A DNA stretch of 64,000 nt from a virus, in the IMG/VR virus record IMGVR_UViG_3300045999_009829; one strand, given 5' to 3'. Each line of letters opens with the position of its first letter. Position 1 is the first letter of the stretch. The translations under genes were made by a program, and so were the position numbers. Of this stretch, positions 1 to 8,271 are shown in pieces. Below the pieces are notes generated by a model. That model was not told the origin of the DNA. It was given only the letters and a program-made list of their open reading frames with translations, and did not search any database.

Positions 1-851
1 CCGTAGTTGTCAGTCTTGTTCAAGATCGTCACGTCCTTCTTGAGGATCAGTGGATTCAGTCGAGCCTGCTGACCGTGCTTGTTGACGATCGCCTCTAGAT
101 CCACATGATGATGCACTCTACCATACCTTTCCTGTAAAGTCACCACATCTGGATGCATCTCGACAAGCATCTGAGACTTCTTGAGTGAGGCGTCCTCTGC
201 GTAGTTATTGTAGATCTCAGAGGTGTTGCCGCCCTTGACCGTGCCAGTTCTTGCCTTGCCACACAAGAAGGAGTAGATCAGCATGGTGCAGAGACCCTCC
301 TTGAGCACTCGGATGGACAGGTCGACGTCCTCGTTGTACCGACCACGCCACTTGTGAGGGCAGTCGTTGTCGATCAGGAAGCAAGACATGATCCGCGTGT
401 TCAGGATGTATGGCGGATATGGGTAGTCGTCAACACAGAAGAACTTGTACTGGAGACCGGCGAGGGCTACATTCTCGAAGCGATCCACAAAGTCTTCTGT
501 GGCACGGAAGCAGGCAGAGCCACGCTCGATCCGATAGCGCTTGTTCTGGTGAAAGCGCCAGAACTCGAAGATGTTGTCGTCCATGAGCCAGTGGCGCTTG
601 AAGCCGTTAGCCTGCGAGTGTTCCCAGCACCAGTTGCGGGCGGGACCAGAGCCCTTGCCGTGGTTGCTGAACGGTAGAGTCAGCACCTTCTTGGGGTCAA
701 TGACCGCAGCATAGTTTTCGTACTCCTGCGGCTCGACCGCAATGTAGTACGGGACGCCCATCCGCTCTAGAGCTCGAGAAGTGTGACGAGTCTCCCACCG
801 ACCCTTGCTGATGATGTAGATGGGGTAGCGAGTGGTGAAGGCATCACTCAT
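1..851 (-). CDS. GREB1-like / TET-associated (TAGT-type) GT-A glycosyltransferase, runs off the left edge
   Basis: Not in the ORF track; translated by hand from ATG at 851: MSDAFTTRYPIYIISKGRW...GSGPARNWCWEHS...HWLMDDNI...WRGRYNEDVDLSIRVLKEGLCT...KGGNT. The motifs PIYIISKGR, ARN, MDDN, NEDxD and GGN fit this family. Confidence 0.75.
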   Translation of the reverse strand, partial: MSDAFTTRYPIYIISKGRWETRHTSRALERMGVPYYIAVEPQEYENYAAVIDPKKVLTLPFSNHGKGSGPARNWCWEHSQANGFKRHWLMDDNIFEFWRFHQNKRYRIERGSACFRATEDFVDRFENVALAGLQYKFFCVDDYPYPPYILNTRIMSCFLIDNDCPHKWRGRYNEDVDLSIRVLKEGLCTMLIYSFLCGKARTGTVKGGNTSEIYNNYAEDASLKKSQMLVEMHPDVVTLQERYGRVHHHVDLEAIVNKHGQQARLNPLILKKDVTILNKTDNY

Positions 852-1113
852 CTTCAACGATCCTGTTCATGTTGTTCTTCTCACGACCCTTGTCTGGGTA
901 CCAGACCACGGCAGTCTTCTCGGTCAGGCTGTATCCAAGTAGTTCGGCAAACGCCTGACGGTCTTCCATGGTCTTGAACTTCACCTTGATCTGCTTGTAT
1001 GGAGACAGGTCACCGGTGTTGAACGCCGGCATGCCCGCCGCATACCACTGTAGGTATGGGTTGCGCCACTCGTTCTGTAGGTCTTCTACTGTAGATGTAT
1101 TTCCAAATAGCAT
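844..1113 (-). CDS. small conserved phage protein adjacent to the TAGT glycosyltransferase
   Basis: W..GMPAF...PYKQIKVKF...D..AFAELLG..LTEKT..VWYP pattern; its end overlaps the GT start. Confidence 0.6.
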   Translation of the reverse strand: MLFGNTSTVEDLQNEWRNPYLQWYAAGMPAFNTGDLSPYKQIKVKFKTMEDRQAFAELLGYSLTEKTAVVWYPDKGREKNNMNRIVEDE

Positions 1114-1114
1114 G

Positions 1115-1420
1115 TCAGTCTCCCATGAATCCTAGGATGCCGTCATCGGTTTCCTTGGAGAACACAAGCACCGAGGTCTTGGGTCCGATGGGCTGTCCGA
1201 TGGCTTTCATGAACTCGTTGAGTTCACCCTGACACGTGAAGTTCACGTACAGGTTCTGCCAGTCTTCCGGAAACTCTGGGTCAATTGGCTTCGGCTTGAT
1301 GTAGGGCTTGTGCTCTTCTTGCTCGCCAAGAAACGAAGACAGACCCGTTGGGGTTGTCTCCTTGGCTTTATAACCCACTAGGTCTTCATAGTCAACTGAA
1401 GTATCGCGGACGTTTGTCAC
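1115..1420 (-). CDS. small protein, probable paralog of 844..1113
   Basis: WQNLYVNF...ELNEFMKAIGQPIGPKTSVLVF aligns by eye with the neighbour; GTG start at 1420 follows GGAG. Confidence 0.55.
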   Translation of the reverse strand: MTNVRDTSVDYEDLVGYKAKETTPTGLSSFLGEQEEHKPYIKPKPIDPEFPEDWQNLYVNFTCQGELNEFMKAIGQPIGPKTSVLVFSKETDDGILGFMGD

Positions 1421-1424
1421 AAGT

Positions 1425-1886
1425 TCATCTCCAAGTAGATAGGGTATACCTGTTGAATTGGTCAACAATCAATGAATCCGAGATCGTGTCAAGCAGTCGA
1501 GCATTCTCTTTCTTAAAGAGGTGCATCGTTCGGCCGTCTCGAGTGCGAAGTGATCGTGTCTCCCGCTTGTCCTTGGGAAAATCGTACAGGTTGACCACGT
1601 TCCCGTTGTATTTAGACGGCGTCTCGACGAAGATCAAGATGTCGACGTCACGGCACTTGGCGATCTGTCCTGGTTTGACGGTGAACGCGTTTTCCTTGTG
1701 CCACAGCTGTTGAGTCTTTACCTCACACGTGTGCTTTCCTAGGCCTATGACCATGTCCTTCTTCTGGTCAAATAGGTCAATGGACTCCTCCACATGGAGG
1801 CCTAGGTTACGAAAGTAGCGAGCTACCAGTCTCTCACCAAGGTCGCCTGTCTTGACCTTCATCTGATCTGCGTCTAGCACCGTCAT
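1425..1886 (-). CDS. PD-(D/E)XK-family nuclease
   Basis: GDLGERLVARYF...KDMVI...CEVKT pattern (E...D...ExK). Confidence 0.6.
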   Translation of the reverse strand: MTVLDADQMKVKTGDLGERLVARYFRNLGLHVEESIDLFDQKKDMVIGLGKHTCEVKTQQLWHKENAFTVKPGQIAKCRDVDILIFVETPSKYNGNVVNLYDFPKDKRETRSLRTRDGRTMHLFKKENARLLDTISDSLIVDQFNRYTLSTWR

Positions 1887-2347
1887 GTCCTCAGATAGGT
1901 GTGGATCTTTCTGATCTGATCAAGACGAACCTCAAAGTCGTTGAGCTGTCTTGTCTTACCAGATGGATGGTACAACTTTAGATGGGGAAAGTCAACCACT
2001 TGTAAAGCTTTGCTCACAAAGCCGCCAAGTGCAATCACCTTCTTCTTGTAGAAGGGAAGAAGTCTCTTCCTGAGAGAGGTGAGATCCACCAGCTTCAAGT
2101 CTGGCGGTGCATTGACCTCGTGGGGTATGACGTTCTGGAAGTCGAACTCATAGCACCGTGCCGCATGCATCCAGTCGATGACTGTCTGGACGGTGTCCTG
2201 CTTGTTGTACTTGCTGCTTCGCTCCTCCACCGTCTTAGTGGAGGGACAGAAGCCGACCACGATCACGCCGTCACTGAAAGCGTGTCGTGGGTCGATCATC
2301 TTCATGTACGCTACAGAAGCCTCTCGAGTATAAAGAGACTCGTGCAC
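1883..2347 (-). CDS. uracil-DNA glycosylase superfamily protein
   Basis: IVVGFCPS, FQNVIP, KKVIALGGFVSKAL and KLYHPSG motifs. Confidence 0.6.
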   Translation of the reverse strand: MHESLYTREASVAYMKMIDPRHAFSDGVIVVGFCPSTKTVEERSSKYNKQDTVQTVIDWMHAARCYEFDFQNVIPHEVNAPPDLKLVDLTSLRKRLLPFYKKKVIALGGFVSKALQVVDFPHLKLYHPSGKTRQLNDFEVRLDQIRKIHTYLRT

Positions 2348-2358
2348 GGTAGTTCTCC

Positions 2359-2733
2359 TTAGCTGAAAACGGCGCCCTTGGTATCGGGAGGCGTCCAGCC
2401 CTCGGGTTTCAGGATCTTTCCGTCCTCACGGCTGATCGGCTTACCGTCAACTAGCTTTGCCATGTTGGACCGGTGGACCTCAGCAAACACTCGATCAAGT
2501 GGAATGCCGTAGGAGACCGCCGTGCCGCACGCAATGTAGATGATGTCGGCAAGTGCATCAGCAATCTCTACGATGTCGTTCTCCCACTCCGCGTCGAGGT
2601 ACTCATTAACCTCTTCACGCAGCAGATTTACCCTGAGAGTACGTTCCTCAATGGGAGGCAACTCAGGCTTTGTGCCCACGTTGAGACCGAAGGCGACCTG
2701 GAAGTCCTTGACGTCGTTGTACATATCAGTCAT
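2359..2733 (-). CDS. MazG-like / PRA-PH family nucleotide pyrophosphohydrolase
   Basis: LLREEVNEY...IVEIADALADIIYIACG...EVHRSNMAKL...REDGKILKP; likely start MTDMYNDV at 2733. Confidence 0.85.
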   Translation of the reverse strand: MTDMYNDVKDFQVAFGLNVGTKPELPPIEERTLRVNLLREEVNEYLDAEWENDIVEIADALADIIYIACGTAVSYGIPLDRVFAEVHRSNMAKLVDGKPISREDGKILKPEGWTPPDTKGAVFS

Positions 2734-2944
2734 TGAGAATGTTCCCACGCACCAGGCAGATTCCCGAGTTGTTGTTTGGGATCCAAGTGCCACCTGCATC
2801 GATACACTTATTCATCGAAGCATAGTAATGTCGGTTGCCATTCATGGTGCCGATCGTAACGCCGATAATCAGAATCGACATAATGATTGTACCGCAGATA
2901 AAGAACAGGACTTCTGTCCCGTGTTCCCGTAAAAGTTCCTTCAT
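2726..2944 (-). CDS. small membrane protein
   Basis: One hydrophobic helix followed by a CIDAGGTW...C motif; overlaps the downstream gene and abuts the upstream one. Confidence 0.55.
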   Translation of the reverse strand: MKELLREHGTEVLFFICGTIIMSILIIGVTIGTMNGNRHYYASMNKCIDAGGTWIPNNNSGICLVRGNILND

Positions 2945-2945
2945 A

Positions 2946-3482
2946 TCACATGATCCATTCAGGGGGTTGACGATTGGTCCAACTGTGCATCCGAGCCTTG
3001 CCTACCTTGTAGTAGTTTCGGTAGTTGGTCACCGGATCCTCACTGATGATGTACTGCTTGTCCATAGCGCAGGGCATCTCAGTCATGTCGTAGTCCCTCA
3101 GATTCTGGGGAGGGGACTGTAGGCAATAAGCAAGGTCAAAGCACTTATGTACCTTGCCGCCGTAGCGGTGAGAGTACTCGTCGTTGAGTGCATAGAAGTG
3201 CTCCACTAGCCAGAGGTAGTTCTCTACAGAAGTTCGGGTCCAGACCGCGGACGGATGGTTCATGTGCGTCGCTTGATACACGATGCTGTCACGGCCGTCG
3301 TCGAGAATGAACCGCTTGGCATTCCGTCCAGTCTTGGTCTTACCGAGAGTCATGCGGCCGTCAAGCATCCGATGGGCGGTCGACAAGAGCTGTGCAGTTT
3401 CCAAAATCATTTTTACTACATGACGGTCGACCATCCACTGTGCAGCTTGGCGAGGACAGCGGTCAATATAGAAAATGTTAAT
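2946..3482 (-). CDS. pyrimidine-dimer DNA glycosylase / DenV-related protein (probable ATT start)
   Basis: NIFYID..P..AAQWMVDRHVVKMILETAQLLSTAHR...THMNHPSAVW...YRNYY...K...WTNR..PEW. Confidence 0.75.
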   Translation of the reverse strand: MNIFYIDRCPRQAAQWMVDRHVVKMILETAQLLSTAHRMLDGRMTLGKTKTGRNAKRFILDDGRDSIVYQATHMNHPSAVWTRTSVENYLWLVEHFYALNDEYSHRYGGKVHKCFDLAYCLQSPPQNLRDYDMTEMPCAMDKQYIISEDPVTNYRNYYKVGKARMHSWTNRQPPEWIM

Positions 3483-4191
3483 TTTTTGTCTCCTTTGAGC
3501 GACAATTGTCAAAGTGATAGCGTTTCATCGCAAACGCACCCCCACTTTTACCACAATGTGGACAACTTGTCAACTCTTGTTTGAAGCCTTTCTCTCTTAC
3601 AGGAGAGTAGGCCTCATTCCAACCTTTTGCTTGTCTAAGAAGGCCTTCAGGTGATATTGACTCTCTTGATCTTTTACCATGTTCTTTAAGCTCTTCGGCT
3701 GTCATACTAGAAAATCTTTTGGCTTGAGCTTCACTTTTTAACCTTCTGGAATGCTCACTTTCCTTCATACCTCTTTTGCTTTTGTTTGCAGATTCGGTCA
3801 ACATCCGTTTTTGTTCCATGGTCATCCTTGATCTTTGCTCCTTAAGACTATTAGACAGCTTAAGAAGTGTTTCAGGTGAACATTCACGATCCACACAACC
3901 TTCTCCACCAGCCGTCATGTTATAGCCGAACTCGTACGAGTTTGAATTGTAGTGCCTTATCCACTTTTGCTCTAACTCATAGACATGTTCTGGCGCACAT
4001 GTTTCCAATAGACTGACATCAAAGTTTTCCACACCGTGCTTTTTCATTGATTGATACAGACGACGACCTTCAAGATTGGGCCCTCTGCTATTGCGAATGT
4101 GTTCCTTAAATCTGGATTCTATTGAGTGTTTTGTTATGCCGACATACTTTTTGCTGTTCAGTCGATTTTCTATCAGATAAACAAACGGCAT
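3478..4191 (-). mobile_element. free-standing GIY-YIG homing endonuclease gene (Seg-like) with C-terminal Zn-finger-like motif
   Basis: FVYLIENRLNSKKYVGIT...RFKEH...ELEQKWI...GYNMTAGGEG; C-terminal CPHCGK...HFDNC; visibly more AT-rich than its flanks; has its own late-promoter-like motif. Confidence 0.85.
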
Positions 4192-4219
4192 GTGAATCTC
4201 CCATACTTGACCACATGCT

Positions 4220-4227
4220 TATTTATC
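4220..4227 (-). promoter_or_regulatory. T4-type late promoter-like motif (GATAAATA)
   Basis: About 30 nt upstream of the GIY-YIG start; a GGAG SD follows. Confidence 0.55.
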
Positions 4228-4251
4228 TTTACGACATGCTTGACGGCGTTA

Positions 4252-4365
4252 TTACTTGTCCGCGTGATAGCCGAGATGGAGCAGCCAGACAAGGATGACT
4301 CCTATGTGAGCCCAAAAGCCGGCTTCCAAGATGCTGAGTAAGAGAAATGCAATTAAGAGGGTCAT
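4252..4365 (-). CDS. 37-aa hydrophobic mini-protein (below the ORF-track cutoff)
   Basis: MTLLIAFLLLSILEAGFWAHIGVILVWLLHLGYHADK*; ATGA overlap with the deformylase stop; fills the gap. Confidence 0.5.
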   Translation of the reverse strand: MTLLIAFLLLSILEAGFWAHIGVILVWLLHLGYHADK

Positions 4366-4850
4366 CGCTTCCACTTCCTGAATGCTTGAGCTCGATGGAT
4401 CGGGTTGGCCTTCGAGTAGAAGTGCTCGCCGTTTAGGAAGTCCATGCAGTGCTGGAAAGTCCTAGCGGTTAGACCCGTGAAGGTCTCCGTCCTGGTCTGC
4501 CCGTTCGGCGTAGAGAAGCGGACCTTGACGTGCTGAGGGCGCTTGATCTTTACAAGCAGACCTGGATACGACATGGAGGTTTCCTCCAGCCTTATCTGCT
4601 CCTCGCTGGGCATCACGATCCTAGGATTGAAGCAGACAAAGTTCTCGGGTGCTCCACGCATTGCAAACACGCGAAGATTGATCCCAACCTGAGGTGCAGC
4701 AAGGCATACGCCGTTGTAGTCGTACATCGTCTTGACCAGTCTCTGAGCTAGATCAAGTGGGTCAAGCGGAGAGGATTGAAAGTTGAACTGTTCACAGATT
4801 GCCAGCTTCGCTAATTGACCTGGCCCTAGTATCGGCATGTTGTTCTCCAT
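4362..4850 (-). CDS. def: peptide deformylase homolog with degenerate active site
   Basis: GVCLAAPQVG / EETSMSYPG / FQHCMDFLNG align to PDF motifs GxGxAAxQ, EGCLS and HExDH. Confidence 0.8.
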   Translation of the reverse strand: MENNMPILGPGQLAKLAICEQFNFQSSPLDPLDLAQRLVKTMYDYNGVCLAAPQVGINLRVFAMRGAPENFVCFNPRIVMPSEEQIRLEETSMSYPGLLVKIKRPQHVKVRFSTPNGQTRTETFTGLTARTFQHCMDFLNGEHFYSKANPIHRAQAFRKWKR

Positions 4851-4851
4851 T

Positions 4852-6567
4852 CTATTGAACCTCTTCAAGTCTGCTGAAGTTCTTGTGCTTCACGAACCGG
4901 ATGGTGTTGGTGAACTTGTCGTGTAGATTATCCCTGTGAGAGATGATGAACACGTTGGACTCCCTGCTGAGTGCTTGCAGGATCTTCAGTAGATCATCTG
5001 CGGCATTACCGTCAAGGCTCGAGTCGAACACCTCGTCGAGGATGAGCAGGTTGGTGTTCAACGAGTTCCTGAGCTTGGCGACTGCCCTCCACGTGAACAG
5101 GATCGCCAGGTCGATCTTCTGCTTCTCGCCCTCGCTGAAGGACGCGTAGGAGAACTCGTCACGGTGCCTGGACTTGATGGTCTCGTTGAACTGCTCGTCC
5201 AGGTGGAACTCCACGAACAGGTCAAACTCGCTCAAGTACTTATTGATGAGCTTGTTGATGATCGGCACGTACTGGTTGACGATCTTGGTCTTGATGCCGC
5301 CGTCCTTGAGCAATGCGGATGCCGCAGCGAGCACCTGACGGTCATCCTGGAGCTCGTTGTAGAGGCTGGTCAATCCGTTAAGCTGGGTCTCCAGGTCTGC
5401 AACCTTGACGTCGCTGGTCTCGTCCTTGTCACGCTGGGCATCCTCGATCTCTTTCTGGATGGACTTGATCTGGTCCTCGTACATCCGTGCACGTAGAGTC
5501 TCGTGTGATATCTGAGTGATGATCTCGTCGTACTTCTTGTCTAGAGCCAGGAGCTCGTTGAGTTCGGCGTGCAGTTGCTCGTGTTTCTCCGCCAGCTTCT
5601 GCAGACCGGCTTCAATCTCCTTGGTCTCCGTCTCCCGCTGAGAGACTATCTGACAGCTGAATTCTCGGTCGATGTTCTGTCGGCAAGTCGGACAGCTGTC
5701 GTGGTCAGTGAAGAACTTGATGTCCTTGACGAGCATGGAGGTCTTTGCCTCCATCTGTGCCCGGAGGGCTCGCATCTTCTCAAGCTTTAATTTCAGAGCA
5801 GTCGACTGCCCTGCATCGGTGTTCAGGTCATCCGCTTGCTTCCTGAGAGTCTGCTTTGCGTTCAGGATCTCAGCGACCTTGGACTCTAGACTCTCCAGGG
5901 TCACCGTCTTTTCCCTGATGAACTGCTCGCTCTTGGACCGAACCTCGTTGAGGTGAGCCTTGAGCATCTTGATCTTTTCAGACACCAGCTTCTGGTCAGT
6001 CGAGTTCTGGAAGATCTGGTCCTGGTTCTCCTGCACACGGGACTTCAGCAGCGTGTTCATGACCGTAAAGACCTGCAGGTCTAGCAGGTCCTCGATGATC
6101 GAGCGCCTCTGTCCCGCCGGCAACTGCATGAACGGAACAAAGGATGCGGACCCAAGCACCACTACCTGACAGAAGGACTTGTAGTTAGTCTTTAGGATCT
6201 TTCGCTCCAGGAGCTCCTGGTAGTCCCTCATCTCTGCTTCTTGGTTAAGCAGTACGTCGTTGCAGAAGACCTCAAACACGTTCGGCTTGAGGCCTCGGCG
6301 GATCATGTAGTGGTTCCTGCCGATCATGAACTCCAGCTCGACCAGTGCGTCACGGTTGGTGATGCTGTTGATTAGCTGGGGCTTGTTGATGTTACGGAAG
6401 GGCTTGCCGAAGAGGGCAAACGTCAGGGCGTCAAGGATCGTTGACTTGCCGGCGCCGTTCTCGCCCACGATCAGGGTCGTGCCCTGAGTCGACAAGTCTA
6501 GCTCAGTGAACGCGTTTCCGGTGGAGAGTAGGTTCTTCCACCTGATCTTGCCAAATGCAATTCCCAT
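4852..6567 (-). CDS. gp46: recombination endonuclease ATPase subunit (Rad50/SbcC-like)
   Basis: GENGAGKS Walker A, CPTC hook, FSEGEK signature, LILDEVFD. Confidence 0.97.
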   Translation of the reverse strand: MGIAFGKIRWKNLLSTGNAFTELDLSTQGTTLIVGENGAGKSTILDALTFALFGKPFRNINKPQLINSITNRDALVELEFMIGRNHYMIRRGLKPNVFEVFCNDVLLNQEAEMRDYQELLERKILKTNYKSFCQVVVLGSASFVPFMQLPAGQRRSIIEDLLDLQVFTVMNTLLKSRVQENQDQIFQNSTDQKLVSEKIKMLKAHLNEVRSKSEQFIREKTVTLESLESKVAEILNAKQTLRKQADDLNTDAGQSTALKLKLEKMRALRAQMEAKTSMLVKDIKFFTDHDSCPTCRQNIDREFSCQIVSQRETETKEIEAGLQKLAEKHEQLHAELNELLALDKKYDEIITQISHETLRARMYEDQIKSIQKEIEDAQRDKDETSDVKVADLETQLNGLTSLYNELQDDRQVLAAASALLKDGGIKTKIVNQYVPIINKLINKYLSEFDLFVEFHLDEQFNETIKSRHRDEFSYASFSEGEKQKIDLAILFTWRAVAKLRNSLNTNLLILDEVFDSSLDGNAADDLLKILQALSRESNVFIISHRDNLHDKFTNTIRFVKHKNFSRLEEVQ

Positions 6568-7640
6568 TATGTCTCTACCGTGATTGCCTGACCGTATAGG
6601 TCCACAATCAGTCTTTCAAGTTTAGCGTGGTTCAGGTTCGGTGCCTGTATTTGATTTAGGTGCTTCTTGAACACGTCGAGCGTGGACTCCGCCTCGTTGA
6701 CGATGTCCTCGTCGTTCTCTAGATTCAAGTTCAGGTGATCCTCTACGATCTGCATGCCCAGAGGACCCGCCTTGTCGAGTCGCTCACACACCATGTCAAA
6801 CCAGTAGGGATTGGTCTTTTCCTGCACGATGAGCTTGATGTACTTGCCCGAGCACTCACCGAAGTTCATGCCGAGTACTTCCTCCAGAGTCTTGCCCTTG
6901 TCGCTGTACCACACCTTCTTGAACATGGTATGCGGGTTGGGGATGAACTCTAGTTCTTGCGTCTTGAGATCAAAGATATGAAAGCCACGGGGATCGCCAT
7001 GATCAGACCAAGTAAACTCGCCATGAGAACCAACGTAAGTGATGCTGCCATCACTAGACTTATGATGAAAATGGCCAGAGAAAGTAGCAGCAAACCTATC
7101 AAACAGGCTGCGGCTCTCTCCATGAGTTGACACACTGCCCCTGTACATCTCGAAGCCGCTGATTTCAAGGTGTCCCATGCAGACATTGGCTTTGCTCTCC
7201 TTCAGTAGAGTCAGACTCTTGGCTCGATTGTCGTCACAGATCCACGGGATGAACAGGACCTGGTACCCACAGAGATCGACCTCTTCAGGTCCGATGTAGC
7301 ACTCGATGTTGGGATAGTTGACGCCCAAGAGCTCAGTCAGGGCGTTGACCTGGTTCGTGTTCTTGTAATAGCAGTCGTGGTTGCCAGCAATGACGTGCAT
7401 CTGATAGTTCTTGCGCCGCAGGACGTTTAGAAAGTCCTTGCGTAGTCGACCTGCAGTCAGATAGCTGATATGTTTTCGGCGGTCGACAAGGTCTCCTAGG
7501 TGCACGATGTCACTGATTCCTCGGTCATGCAGAGTCGGGAAGAACACGTCATCAAGGAACCGCTTGGTCATGTCCATGAAGGGAACGCTGTCGCCGCGGA
7601 CACCCCAGTGGGTGTCGGCTATAATAGCTACTTTAGTCAA
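6567..7640 (-). CDS. gp47: recombination endonuclease nuclease subunit (Mre11/SbcD-like)
   Basis: DTHWG, HLGDLVD, GNHD and SGHFH metallophosphoesterase motifs. Confidence 0.97.
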   Translation of the reverse strand: MTKVAIIADTHWGVRGDSVPFMDMTKRFLDDVFFPTLHDRGISDIVHLGDLVDRRKHISYLTAGRLRKDFLNVLRRKNYQMHVIAGNHDCYYKNTNQVNALTELLGVNYPNIECYIGPEEVDLCGYQVLFIPWICDDNRAKSLTLLKESKANVCMGHLEISGFEMYRGSVSTHGESRSLFDRFAATFSGHFHHKSSDGSITYVGSHGEFTWSDHGDPRGFHIFDLKTQELEFIPNPHTMFKKVWYSDKGKTLEEVLGMNFGECSGKYIKLIVQEKTNPYWFDMVCERLDKAGPLGMQIVEDHLNLNLENDEDIVNEAESTLDVFKKHLNQIQAPNLNHAKLERLIVDLYGQAITVET

Positions 7641-7644
7641 TGCT

Positions 7645-8163
7645 CTACTCCAGAAACTTCTCTACTCCGGAGACTTTATCCTGCTTTTTGTTCTTTGTCA
7701 ACTTACTTTCGAAGCTATGGATGATCTCGTTGGACAGGTCGTTGTTCTTGATCTGAAATGATGCGCCCGTGTCACCGTACTGCATGTCGTCCATCTCACC
7801 TGACAGGTAGGTGTGCTGGATGTTCTTGTGCTTCACGTACTGTTCTCGCTTTTCACTGCTGATTCGGCGAATGAAGGCGTTCCATGCAATCTGGGTGAAG
7901 TAGGCAAACGGGTTGTTGGTCCTGGCGGGATCAAACAGGTGCACAGCCTTGATGCAGTTTTCGATGCCGTCGGACACCATCTCATCCCGGAATGAATAGC
8001 CGACAAAGTTGGGCTTGGTCGAGAGTCGCTCACAGATCTTGAAGATGCACACGCCTAGGTACTCTGGGATCCTGGCGTTGGGGTCCTCCTTGAGCTTCTC
8101 CCTGTAAGCAACAATGGCTTCATAGAAATCTCGGTTGTTGACATAGTGTCGCTTTGCTGCCAT
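7645..8163 (-). CDS. gp55: late-transcription sigma factor
   Basis: HYVNNRDF...PNFVGYSFRDEMVSDGIENC...NPFAYFTQIAWNAFIRRI; lies next to gp47. Confidence 0.95.
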   Translation of the reverse strand: MAAKRHYVNNRDFYEAIVAYREKLKEDPNARIPEYLGVCIFKICERLSTKPNFVGYSFRDEMVSDGIENCIKAVHLFDPARTNNPFAYFTQIAWNAFIRRISSEKREQYVKHKNIQHTYLSGEMDDMQYGDTGASFQIKNNDLSNEIIHSFESKLTKNKKQDKVSGVEKFLE

Positions 8164-8169
8164 TTTCAG

Positions 8170-8197
8170 TTGACCCGTCCGTGTTGTGTGGTATAAT
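8170..8197 (+). promoter_or_regulatory. sigma70-type promoter, antisense to the gp55 leader and uvsW
   Basis: TTGACC-16 nt-TATAAT with an extended -10 TG. Confidence 0.5.
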
Positions 8198-8238
8198 AGA
8201 GCTGTGGTGATGAGGAAATATCAACACCTTACTTAAGT

Positions 8239-8267
8239 AATATACACCAAAACTGATTTGGTGTAAA
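8239..8267 (-). promoter_or_regulatory. sigma70-type promoter for gp55, overlapped by a 9-bp inverted repeat
   Basis: TTTACA-17 nt-TATATT; TACACCAAA-actga-TTTGGTGTA at 8243-8265. Confidence 0.55.
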
Positions 8268-8271
8268 ACTA

